In this document: in pieces, positions 35,101 through 43,985 of the stretch
Position numbering within the stretch: position 1 is the first letter of the stretch
Layout: every line of letters starts with the position of its first letter
Source: Ascoidea asiatica JCM 7603
Taxonomy: Eukaryota > Fungi > Ascomycota
Assembly (NCBI GenBank): GCA_001600695.1
Contig: BCKQ01000013.1
Coordinates: 2,045-66,044, forward strand
DNA: 64,000 nt
Direction of reading: 5' to 3'
The notes under the pieces: generated by a model
Seen by the model: the letters and a program-made list of their open reading frames with translations, nothing else
The model's database searches: none
What the model was told of the DNA's origin: nothing
Translations under genes and position numbers: made by a program

Positions 35101-35846
35101 CAGAAAATCAAAGAGCAAATAATATGAATCAAGAGGTTGCCGAGGATGTTCAAAACAATATTTTGAATTATAGTGAATCTAAAAGTCTTGAAAAGGATTC
35201 AGGTAATAGCAATAGTTATGAATATCCAAAAAATAATACATCAAAGCAAGAAGCAATAGAAGTAAATAAGTCTATAAATGATAGTAATCCAAAAGATAGT
35301 CTTGAAATAAGCGATGAAATTGCATATAATTCAAAACCAAGTGGAATTAGTCAAAGCGATAAAAATAATGAAAGTGTTGAAAAAAGTGGAAATGCTGAAA
35401 ATTTTGATAATTTCGATAATTATGACAACTATGACAATTTCGATAATTATGATAATTGCGATAATTATGATACTAATATGAGCTATGCTGCTGAACTCGT
35501 TTCTACTGATATTAATTCCAACGATTACTACTCTAAAAATGATTATCTTAGAGATAATTATTCTAAGGATGGTGAATACTCTAAATGGGATGACAATAAC
35601 TTCACAGTTGATGGAACTAAAAAATCATACTGGAATAATGATTATGATAAGAAAAGATCTAGAAATAGCTCTAAGGGAAGGTACAATGATAGGAATCAAA
35701 GCGGCTCTAGAAATAGTTCTAGAGGTAGAAATAGCTCTAGTGGTGGAAATAGAGGATCTTTTAAAGGAAATCCAAGAGATAATACAAAAGGAGGCTTTAG
35801 ACGAAATGCAAAAAATAATTTTGGTGGAAATTTCAAAAATAGTTAA
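29127..35846 (+). CDS. Unknown 2239-aa, mostly low-complexity, probably nuclear protein (possible TFIIS-N/IBD-like helical domain, N[YF]D repeats, RGG tail)
   Basis: 6.7-kb open frame with aaATG context, basic NLS-like runs and acidic tracts. The only ordered-looking stretch is ~30700-30990. No confident family assignment. Confidence 0.85.
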   Translation: MSNINSNNRGISDTTTRKRKKTNSKINANKNLNSVSKRKPISRKNSILKSNSKLNNNSDLDSDLSDALSTFSTDDEDQLIQNNNVNEEEEEAEEEEYDENDNDYQNTQNSSKKRKLDNNNNDNNKLNNKQWISNKKDSVRRRNLRELKNLNNILSTKSKQSISNLSKLSDLSDLSDLSDLSDLSDLSDTNNNNNNNIDKSNKKSNKKINKKNNDDDGDDDYVDDENINNNNNNDDDYDDDDDDDDEIMITRVKKIDKSKQKNLINKPINPSINTPINKKSIKKKPIKSKEKPKLNDVKKIKLNISKTANSNSKKNLISNKINNEKLKIIKSLPVSSVPIRSKRTTTTLRQLKLKDNLRKIKNINNPNSSQSEIIDISSSESETDDNETYNYSNHYNHNHNHNNNIVNSSTTNISRNIIRRKPSPIPVSGKKDKKYSYTDNKISKDLDPNLNPDLKNPKSNNSNDDDDDDIDSDTASLFGPDSEESSKKSQSNNSDDNDNQSENDDYKFVFPSPDNPRTIALKQFSNEEIKQELSKLEIDIRTLLNKIPYTDIIFLEFLKILTNLLLFPKESINPSLLMGLKIRKTLKQFFISKSIIESHLYKVYHFDEIKDHLDNLYFFSGKINDFKKLMLTKKRNSFGISKDSLRKLNKKALENNGKDNKEVDQIEEKNSNDAKANETEVPSKDSKDINDVQNEKDSKDLKDITVKDSKDSDISKEIQSDSHRLSIGSISPLDKSKPFSEKTAKPLTPFFKKTPFFSDLNESQSTPNSSVLSIFTRGASKSSSFPSANSLTDSALKNIPNFLRSSKLIDRQIKKKSDALSKEKSKIEKPDEIKELINPKFHKPPPSGPKLYSEDQSYDNFENYGDFVDLTDNFDKGMDFAMDNSNYDASYAESTAYNSNPNENNNEANKDQEYVDFYAENDYNMEPSSYNDPVQSSYNGDYSYDKAPSYNKGFKDNNKSKDRNTYNARSSSFDKKKGYDSRQNNSNRYSRDSYSKRSNSKSSNFSETFSHSRKNTRDFSNRGFDSEKPSYDYSKGNNSNFKKDKFNKKSYNNSSYLEVNRSFDTSFQKNNKSDTYKANSSRVTEKNGGQDKNLDQNHSTYNNGYDYSEKYENNEENKRYDEYDNFDNYDNYDNFDNYDNYDNINDNQNDKQHDEQNEGQNGKVADKMDIKSGVEEKTKNNYQDKSNSIYVDQEKNLIDNNKLGTRLQENKTVSKAQTENSDVLIAETKNIEKSNVYDNFDNFDNYDNYDNCDNNDTYLEENKKSTVIKKDDKVLNNKVDKPKDLKCDSSQQQHATSYNNKKEEKYTENHNSNENFDQYDSQNNNDNPKNHDNFDSYDNYDNFDNYDNFDDYDNTYEKTSNSKPLSGVGSTTSEISNKKLEPVIETEKKFPVKNKAQISKSQEAERFKNGTNGNSKSSYGYNNNHESYDNIKIDNKKKKEVHSKNIPVQAVKKLDFNNEKQKQLPPTLSLGKSDHKEKYIEQIPSNPSKNIEKPKVTKPLPTLSKKEAPRKSVGEMENELSKIDAIFLETFDANSDETPPSETEPILKDVINHSSEKDSLETAFAREIEEVEEKSSNEKINSESTFKLRAKGSVINTIEPVPNGNEEKNSYDAYDSFDNYNTLDNGNDVDSKLEYNTYNNYEITDFVEGENNYHNKSNNKSGGSIEKNANDFDYYTNSNISKQLDYKEIGKKNSLGSINDVINIDYENQSSPKKEIPKHPISLNQSQNSKKNAAPLKKYDSGLLSRGSSRTFTSNSQNTVSPKDSKGITSEEILAIDNKEPTESYINYDNYDNYDECENYGNHDDYDKAQNYNSYDYYENEKSQEKLDNFDKIETQKNEKFMSKEPLPIVSKKLTANDARQSYFPKGPKSSIELSNADNQINENNDNFSQNHADDDKSNNETVEKITIKTPRIQESKSNSVGSSNQGAKKSKLTGKFPSGPKSIAESLVNDSKNKNSSNDYQNLRENNITEIRIDNLDEKPKNKDKVKTTESENQRANNMNQEVAEDVQNNILNYSESKSLEKDSGNSNSYEYPKNNTSKQEAIEVNKSINDSNPKDSLEISDEIAYNSKPSGISQSDKNNESVEKSGNAENFDNFDNYDNYDNFDNYDNCDNYDTNMSYAAELVSTDINSNDYYSKNDYLRDNYSKDGEYSKWDDNNFTVDGTKKSYWNNDYDKKRSRNSSKGRYNDRNQSGSRNSSRGRNSSSGGNRGSFKGNPRDNTKGGFRRNAKNNFGGNFKNS

Positions 35847-36453
35847 GGAGATAATGAAAAGAGTGGTAAATCTAGTGAAGGTTCCAGAGGTTCCAGAGAC
35901 TCTAGAGGATTCAAGGATTCCAGAAGTTCAAGAGGTTCTAGAGGTGGCTCTAGAGGAGGTTTTCAAGGAAGCTCTAGGGGAGGTTCTGGTAGAAATCAAA
36001 GATGGTGATACTTTTTGATTAAATGTAAAACATTTTTTTTTATTTTGTTTTTCATTTATTATTTTATTTTTATTTTTATTTTTATTTAAAATTTTATTCT
36101 AAGATTGTTTAATTAGTCAGCTCATTTTTCCATTTATTTATAATCATTTTTGTTTAATTTTTATTCATTTTCTTGAAATTCTAATTTCAAAATTTTATTT
36201 ATTGTGCATTAGGATAATGATTTTTTTTTTTTCTTCTTATTTTATGTTAGTTTGAATGCTTATAATATTAATTTGCTTAATCTTTATTCAACTTAGGGGT
36301 TTGATTTTACTTTTACTTTCTTTTCAATTTTCATCTATATCTATTTCTATTTCTATTTCTATTTTTTCACCTATATATTTATTTATATATATTCATATAT
36401 ATATATATTTATATGCAGAATATTCATATGTATAATTTTAGCTATAATAATAA

Positions 36454-37548
36454 TTAGAATAAATTTGTATTATTATATTCATCTGGAGTTACAAGAATTA
36501 ATTGATTAAAGTTTAAAAATCTGCTAAATAATAACCAACCCCATCTAAACCAAACCATTTGAGAATTATGAGCAAATGACATTGCAGCTAAACTTAAAAT
36601 TACTGAAGGAAAATCTGAGAATATATTTATAATTTTTTTATCTACTTCATTTATTATTGAATTATTATTATTATTGAAGAAATTCTTATAATAAATTTTA
36701 ACTAAATGTAAATTCGTTAAAAAACCAAAAGAATATTTTTGAAAGAAATTTAAAGAATTTAATTTGTAAAAGAACATATTTGGATTTGAGTTTGGGATAT
36801 TTTTTTGATTATAATTTCTTAAAAAATAATTAATTCCATTATAAAGGGAAATATGATTTTTATGATTTGATATACCATTTTGATCAAAAGAAATAAGAAC
36901 AATATTTTCATATTTATTATTATTATCATTGAGGATAATATTATTTAAATAATTTGAAATTTTAGTTGAATTCCAATATAAACTCATTGAATCTCTAAAA
37001 ATTGAATCATTTTGAATTAAATTTAAATTTTTTTTATTTAAACCCAAAATTGAAATACTTTTTTCTAATTCCATGGATCTAATATTACCAATACCATCAT
37101 TGTTACCATTTGAAAAACAGATTATATTAAAATTATCATTATAATTATCAATGTTGTTATCATTATTAATGAATTTTTTTAAATTGACTATAGTTGGAGA
37201 AAAAAACATAACTTCATCATCAGGATGAGCAATGATCAAATAAAACTTTGAATTTTTTAAAAATTTTGGAAATTTATTATAATTTACTACATTCTCAATT
37301 GATTTATTAGTGAAATTATTGAAACTATTAAAATTTAAGTTTATATTCAAACTTTTTAAAAAAGTATTATTTTCTTGAAATTTTGAAATTACAATAAAAT
37401 TATTTGAGTTACTTAAATTATTTATCGAATTATTGAATGAATCATTGAATGTAATTAAAATATTTGGTAAAAAAGTTGTTAGAAATATCCAGAATAAATT
37501 TACAACTATAAAAAATTTTATAATCTTATGACATAAATAAGAACCCAT
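36454..37548 (-). CDS. GPI12: N-acetylglucosaminyl-PI de-N-acetylase (PIG-L family)
   Basis: N-terminal TM segment, IAHPDDEVMFFSPT, SFDxxGISNHKNH and AHNSQMVWFRWGW. Confidence 0.95.
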   Translation of the reverse strand: MGSYLCHKIIKFFIVVNLFWIFLTTFLPNILITFNDSFNNSINNLSNSNNFIVISKFQENNTFLKSLNINLNFNSFNNFTNKSIENVVNYNKFPKFLKNSKFYLIIAHPDDEVMFFSPTIVNLKKFINNDNNIDNYNDNFNIICFSNGNNDGIGNIRSMELEKSISILGLNKKNLNLIQNDSIFRDSMSLYWNSTKISNYLNNIILNDNNNKYENIVLISFDQNGISNHKNHISLYNGINYFLRNYNQKNIPNSNPNMFFYKLNSLNFFQKYSFGFLTNLHLVKIYYKNFFNNNNNSIINEVDKKIINIFSDFPSVILSLAAMSFAHNSQMVWFRWGWLLFSRFLNFNQLILVTPDEYNNTNLF

Positions 37549-38837
37549 TTTTATAGATTGAAAAAAAAGTGAATTGATTGAATATTAGTAATGATTAATA
37601 TATCATTCTCTAAAAGATGGAAATTGAATATATAATAATATAATGAGATGGTACACTGAATATATAATATTTTAAATCTTCCTTTATCTTTTTTTAAGTC
37701 TCTATTCTTTTTTTTTTATTTTAGTACGAGTTACTGATAAACAGATAAATCAGAAACTAAATGAGATAATTAATCATCACAGAGATGCTGGAAATTCAAA
37801 ATTTAGGTTTCACTTCATTCTCTGTCAAAAAGGACAAACACGTGTTGATACCCCGGAATTGAAGTAAGGTTTGTGCCACAAACAAAACGAACGTGATAAG
37901 ACGCGGGTTAAAAAAAAATTCAGCAGCCCACCTGACTAAGACCCCGTGCAATTTCAAAAGTGGGCTCATTTGTCCTAATACAGATTTGTGTTGCGTCCCA
38001 ATTGAAGAGGTAACAAATACTGTACAGCGCCGTGTGGTTCTGTGTGTACAGTAAAGCTTTAAAAAAACATGCAGAAAGGTAATGTGTTAACGAACACTGC
38101 TCACTTACGAGACCAGCACCACCTTGGAATCGGGAAATCAAATAAGTCAAGCCAGTCCAAAAATGTGTTCGCCAAGGGTGGGCTAACGAACTCACGCTCC
38201 CACTGCCGCTGCGCTTTGGCGAGTTGTGCGAACTGTGCGGATGTTGCTGCTGGCACTGGGGACGCTTTGAAAGAAAAAGCACCACAAAGGCCGTTGTGGA
38301 TCCTTTTTTATCAGCTTCATAGCTTCGGTTGCAATAAGAATCATTTCTAATTCTAAATTTGAATCATTTCTTTCTCTATTGTTCTTTTATTCTTCTTTTA
38401 AATACTTATTAGTTTTTTTATTTCTATTTCAAATCAAAATCATAACTTTTGTTTAAAATAAACGTATTAATCTTTTTTTTCTCCTCAAAAGGTTTTTTTT
38501 ATATCGGAGTTGGTATCTAATTTTATAAAATCCCTATTGAAACTTTATTGCTACAACTTCAATTATTTTATTTAATATCTCTAAATTTGCATAAACTTCT
38601 TCTTTAAATTGAAAAATTTAAAAACCTGATCAAAGAACTTAGAAAATAGACAATTATAATTCTTTTTTTTCTATTAAAATATATTAAATATTGATTTATT
38701 ACTGACTTTTATAAATATTTTTTTCAATAGGAAAAGAGAAAATTTCAATTTTAACATTTGAAAAATTTATCAAAAAATCATCTTTCAACTGAAAATAACT
38801 AGTTCGCTGTTTAATTCATCTTTCAAAGTTATCTAAA

Positions 38838-41800
38838 ATGCCATTTTTAGAATCTGATACTCATCAGAATTCTATTAAAATGGAAAATGGTATCAATAAT
38901 AATGAAAATGGCAGTACTACTAAAACTAGTAATAACAATACTAATGGTAGCAATAATAAAAAATCCGATAATGAATATAAACTAACTGAAGTACCAACTG
39001 TTCATCCAACTCATGAAGAATTCGCAGATCCAATTGCTTACTTATCTTCCGAGAAAATCTTAAATTTAGGTAAAAAATATGGAATGTTAAAATTAAAACC
39101 ACAACCTATTAAATATAAAAAAAATAATAATAATAAAAATTTAATCAATTGGAATCCAGTAGTATCTATTGATTTAACACTTTTTAAGTTTAAACCAAGA
39201 ATTCAAGTTTTAAATGAATTAAATTTATTAACTAGAATTAGAAATGTATTTCAAAAAAGTTTATCAAATTTTACTTTAATGAAAAAAAAAAAACCACCAA
39301 AATCTTCATTTTTTTATACTGAAAATAAAAAAAGAATTTACTATTATGATCTATTTCTTGAAATTAATAATTATATTATAAAAGATTATAAAAATTTAAT
39401 TAATTTAACAAAAATTGGTAATCATCCAACAATTTTTAATTTAATTAAAGATTCAGATAAACTTTGGTTAGATTTAAATAAATTTTTTAATTTAAATTTA
39501 GAAAATAGTAAATTAAAGTTAATTTATATTAGTTTAATTAAAGATTATTGTATTTTTTTATTCAAAAAAGATGCATCTAATTTACTTCTTTTAAATAATG
39601 ATAATCATATCGATTATAATATTAATATGGATGATAATAATATGGATAGTAATAATGTTGATGATACTGTTAGTACATTAAATACAATTAATCAAATGAA
39701 GCTGATAAAGACATTATTCAAAAGTAATACTTTAACTAATGAAGATTCTGATTCTGACTCAAATTCAGAATCAGATTTTGATTCTAAATCTAAATTTGCT
39801 CATCGAAATGGCCATCAAAATAATAGAAAAACTGATGATGAAAGTGAGCATGAAAGTGATAACGAAAGTGAAGAAATTGAAGAAGAATGGTGTCAAATAT
39901 GTGGTTCTATGGATGAAGAAGCTTCAATGTTACTTTGTGATGGATGTGATAAAGGTTTTCATATATCTTGTCTTGATCCTCCAGTAGTTAAAATTCCAAA
40001 AGGTAAATGGTTTTGTGAAAATTGTTTAATTGGAACTTGTGATTATGGATTTTCAATGTCAAATAAAAAATATTCATTAATGGAATTTAATAATAAGAAT
40101 TATTATTTTATGAAAAGCTATTTCAATGATAGAAATTTATTAAAAAAATTAAGGATCAGAAAAAGTGATAAAAAATTTGATTTAAACGTTGATATTTATA
40201 ATGAAAATTATATAAATTTATTAGAAAAAGAATTTTGGAATAATTTAGTTAATAATGAAGATTCAAAAATCAAAGTTTATTATGGAGCAGATATTCATAA
40301 TAAGAAATTAAGTGAGAAATCATGTTTTCCAACAAATTTTACATTAAAATATTTGAAATGTTCAGATCACGAATATTATGTAAAACATTCATTTAATTTA
40401 AACAATTTACCATTTTCAAAAGGATCATTATTGAAATATTTTAAAAATATAAGTGGAATGACAACACCATGGATTTATGTTGGATCATTATTTTCAACAT
40501 TTTGTTGGCATTTAGAAGATCATTATACATATTCAGCAAATTATTCACATGGTGGAGCAATTAAAAAATGGTATTCAATACCAGAAAATAATTGTTTAAA
40601 ATTTGAAAAATTTTTAAATAAAATGGCACCACATTTATTTTTACAACAACCAGATTTATTACATCAATTAGTTACATTAATATCACCATTTGAACTAAAA
40701 AAAAATAAAATTGAATGTTATTATGCAAATCAAAAACCTGGAGAATATATAATTACATTTCCAAAAGTTTATCATTCTGGATTTAATTTAGGATTTAATA
40801 TTAATGAAGCAGTTAATTTTACGACAAATTATTGGTTTAAATTTGGTATAAATTCATTAAAAGATTATAAAATTATTCAAAAAACTCCAATTATCAATCA
40901 TTTATATCTTTCAAAATCCATAATTTTAAGTTTTTTAAATGGAGAATATTTTGAAAATGATAAAGAGAAAGGTAATTTAGTTTCATCAATTTCATTAAAT
41001 TCAATTTTAAATCCAATATTTAATATGAATAAATCTAATTATGAATTAATTAAAAATTGTTTAAATTTTATTGAAAGTAGATTAATTCAAAATAAAGAAA
41101 AGAGTAATATAATTTTAAAAGAATTTAAAGATTTTTTTAAACTTGACCTATACCCTTCTAAAATCAATGAAGGAATTGATGAAGAAATCAATGAAAAAAT
41201 TAATGAAGAAATTAATGAAGAACATGGAGAAATAATTTGTGAAGTTTGTAAAGGAATTTGCGATTTATCATGGATAAAACTAAAATTATTAAAAAATTTC
41301 ATTAAATCTGAAGAATTAATTAAAATTCATAAAGAAGAAATTAAACATAAACTTAAAAAGAAAGTGGAAACGAAAGAAGTAAAGAAGATTAAGAAAATAA
41401 ATAATCAAATATCGACCCCAGATTGTACACCAACTAGAACTAAAAGTAAGAATGAAATTGAAATTGAATTAGATAAAGAAAAATTGATAGATGATAATAA
41501 TAATAAAAGAAGAAAATTAAGTTTTGATAATTCTTTTAATACAATGAATAAAATTGGATTTTCTTCACCTCCAAGATCACCTAAATTTTCAAAAAAACAA
41601 GAACAAGAACAAGAACAAGAACAAAAAAGAGAAACTAAAAATGAAAATGAAAGTGAAAATAAAAATGATAAAGAAGAGAAAAGTTTAACTAAAATAGTAT
41701 GTGAAGATGATTTTTTGAAAATTATGAGAAATGAAAATTTAAAAAAAGGTTTTGAAAATAATTATATTTTTGTTTCAAATAATAAAGCTAAAGAATATCA

Positions 41801-41852
41801 TACGTTAATTTATAAAGTCAATGATTTACTTTCATCGGTTAATGTAATATAA
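38838..41852 (+). CDS. JHD2: JARID1/KDM5-type H3K4 demethylase
   Basis: JmjN (PTHEEFADPIAYL), ARID-like region, PHD (CQICG...LLCDGCDKGFHISCLDPP...WFCENC) and JmjC with intact Fe ligands (WHLEDH...YHSG), which argues for Jhd2 rather than Ecm5. Confidence 0.92.
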   Translation: MPFLESDTHQNSIKMENGINNNENGSTTKTSNNNTNGSNNKKSDNEYKLTEVPTVHPTHEEFADPIAYLSSEKILNLGKKYGMLKLKPQPIKYKKNNNNKNLINWNPVVSIDLTLFKFKPRIQVLNELNLLTRIRNVFQKSLSNFTLMKKKKPPKSSFFYTENKKRIYYYDLFLEINNYIIKDYKNLINLTKIGNHPTIFNLIKDSDKLWLDLNKFFNLNLENSKLKLIYISLIKDYCIFLFKKDASNLLLLNNDNHIDYNINMDDNNMDSNNVDDTVSTLNTINQMKLIKTLFKSNTLTNEDSDSDSNSESDFDSKSKFAHRNGHQNNRKTDDESEHESDNESEEIEEEWCQICGSMDEEASMLLCDGCDKGFHISCLDPPVVKIPKGKWFCENCLIGTCDYGFSMSNKKYSLMEFNNKNYYFMKSYFNDRNLLKKLRIRKSDKKFDLNVDIYNENYINLLEKEFWNNLVNNEDSKIKVYYGADIHNKKLSEKSCFPTNFTLKYLKCSDHEYYVKHSFNLNNLPFSKGSLLKYFKNISGMTTPWIYVGSLFSTFCWHLEDHYTYSANYSHGGAIKKWYSIPENNCLKFEKFLNKMAPHLFLQQPDLLHQLVTLISPFELKKNKIECYYANQKPGEYIITFPKVYHSGFNLGFNINEAVNFTTNYWFKFGINSLKDYKIIQKTPIINHLYLSKSIILSFLNGEYFENDKEKGNLVSSISLNSILNPIFNMNKSNYELIKNCLNFIESRLIQNKEKSNIILKEFKDFFKLDLYPSKINEGIDEEINEKINEEINEEHGEIICEVCKGICDLSWIKLKLLKNFIKSEELIKIHKEEIKHKLKKKVETKEVKKIKKINNQISTPDCTPTRTKSKNEIEIELDKEKLIDDNNNKRRKLSFDNSFNTMNKIGFSSPPRSPKFSKKQEQEQEQEQKRETKNENESENKNDKEEKSLTKIVCEDDFLKIMRNENLKKGFENNYIFVSNNKAKEYHTLIYKVNDLLSSVNVI

Positions 41853-42302
41853 CCATAAAAATATCATAAAATAATGAATTTTTGTTAAACTTTGTTGATT
41901 TTTATCTTTTGGATGTATTTTATTGTTTTAGGTTGTCTAAAGTAGATCTTTTGTTGAATACTTTGATAGATATTTTTTTTTGTAATTAGAGTTCTTTAAT
42001 GATTTTCTTTTTTTCAATGTGTTTTTTTTTTGATTTATTTTCTTTTTTGGGTTTCAAGAGAGAGTTTTATAAATATACAGTATATATATTATGTTATAAT
42101 TTGAGACTGGCATATTGCTAGTGACAACCTCTCCTGTATAATAAATGCATAGTTATTCTTATTTAAATATAGATTTTTCTAGTTCTAATTTGTGCCTGCT
42201 AAAAAAGGGTCCTCGCGAGACTCGAACTAAAAAAAAGAAGTACTCCACGTGGAAACCTCCGAGGGCAAACATTGCCTAATGGGAACTGACTACCGGTCCC
42301 CA

Positions 42303-42330
42303 CACAGCGACAGCAGAAAGTGCTGCTTTT
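42303..42330. promoter_or_regulatory. Ace1-type GCTG element cluster upstream of MT-B
   Basis: ACAGCAGAAA at 42310-42319 is the reverse complement of TTTCTGCTGT. CAGCGACA and TGCTGC are also retained. Nearby CACGTG (42246) and CTCGCGAG are conserved between the copies. Confidence 0.55.
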
Positions 42331-43203
42331 GTAGATAAGCACAAAGATAAAGACAAAGTTAAAGAAAGATAAATGTATATTTATTTTATTATTCTTTAAA
42401 TCTGAATTGTAAATATATTCAATTTCTTCAGATTATAACTGAGTTCTTATAAAAAAAGGTGTTCGTTACCCTTGATTATCTCACTTCTTCTCCAGGTTTG
42501 AACTCTTTAAACTATTCAAACTCTTTTCTACGGTTATCCCAATCCGCAAGAAAAGATAATTTGGGTTTACAACTTCTTTGCAACTCACTATCAGATTGTT
42601 TCAAATAAATTAATATTCATTTATTGTCATTACAATTATGAAAAGAATCAAAAAGAATTGAAAAGAATTAATCAAAAAACAAACATTTTATCAAACCTGT
42701 CATTAATTTTACCTTTGAAGTTTTCAATTATTAAAAATATCCTCGAAGGCGATGAATCTTATTGGTTAAATGATTATTTTCATTTCGCTTATATTCATAA
42801 AATTAAGTAAAATTAAGTATATTTCCAAAATATTCTTCTGTCATTACCTGCCAAATAAAGTCCATTATTACTTTGAAACCATCATTAATAGTATTTTTTT
42901 TAACTCTGACCTGATTATTTTGTTAATGAAATAATTACTAGTTGTAAAATAATAGATAATAGCACAGTATCATATTGATAATACGATAATGAGATCTCAT
43001 CAATAACTATCCATTTTTTAAGATATAAAAAATTATATAAATTCAACCATTTTATCTTCTTTTTTTATTACTTTTCTTATTTACTTTTAATCAATTCATA
43101 AATCAACTAATTAAATTATATTAATAAGTTTATAAACCAATTAATAAATTAACAAATTAACCAATTAACCAACTAATCAATTATTTCAAACTTCTTATTA
43201 AAA

Positions 43204-43293
43204 ATGCCTGAAGAATGTGCTTGTGGTAGTAAAACTACTTGTGAATGTGGTGAAAAATGTACTTCCTGTGAATCTGGATCTTGTTGCAAATAA
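43204..43293 (+). CDS. Small fungal metallothionein MT-B, 29 aa: MPEECACGSKTTCECGEKCTSCESGSCCK
   Basis: Hand translation: aaaATG, 8 Cys, TAA stop. 21/29 aa identical to MT-A, with all 8 Cys shared. Confidence 0.9.
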   Translation: MPEECACGSKTTCECGEKCTSCESGSCCK

Positions 43294-43307
43294 TTTCATA
43301 TCCAATC

Positions 43308-43347
43308 TAATATAATATAATATAATATAATATAATATAATATAATA
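43308..43347. repeat. (TAATA)8 microsatellite in the MT-B 3' flank, not expanded in copy A
   Basis: Read directly from the sequence. Confidence 0.9.
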
Positions 43348-43985
43348 ATGATGCTTTAGTTATGATTTACTTCATTAATGAATTACTTAACCTTATATAT
43401 ATATCCAATTATATAAATATATTTTAATAAATCTTAGAAATCTTAAAAATCTATTATAAAACTTTTTTGATCTAATCAATTCATTCAATTCTTTCAATTT
43501 ACTTAACTTTCCATTTACTTATTTGTTAAAATTTGCTCATTTTTTATTTAAATATTCTACTTAAACTTCCTTAGCTCATCTCATCCCTTGATATTTCCAT
43601 AACATTTCAATATTCTAAACTATTCTAGTTACTTTGATAATTCTAATTATTTTCCTATTGGTTGAATTAAAATTAATTTTAAATAATTATTAAATTAGAG
43701 TCATTTAATCCTTATTTTATTCATATATGATATACTTTTCATATATTATATAAAAGAAATAAAATTTTAACTCTGTTGAAAATAGAAAAAAATTTACCAA
43801 TTATTTAAATATAATCAATTTTTTTATTATATTTCATGGTTCAAATTAATATAAATAAAAATGATTATTCCTACTTTTCATTAATTAATTTCTTTTATTT
43901 TATTATTATTCATTATAATTTATTATAATTCAATTCAAATCAAATACTCTCAATTCAAATTATATCAGTAAAACTTATTTTCAAA

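Larger units (their letters stand above)
41120..43680 (+). repeat. Inverted segmental duplication, copy B (probable donor, since JHD2 is intact here)
   Basis: Aligns to the reverse complement of ~1149-3615. Boundaries are approximate. Confidence 0.95.

Noticed and set aside
35485-36018. 177-aa alternative-frame ORF as a frameshift product of the giant gene
   Set aside because: It is the off-frame shadow of the SRG repeats. The compositionally consistent continuation is in the original frame past the TAA.
37920-38350. Overlapping 121-aa and 93-aa ORFs
   Set aside because: Likely by-products of locally higher GC. No recognisable domains, and codon usage differs from the real genes.
1149-43680. 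Mating-type flip/flop locus
   Set aside because: The inverted-repeat layout is suggestive, but no MATa/MATalpha (HMG, alpha-box, homeodomain) ORF or SLA2 is visible near either repeat.
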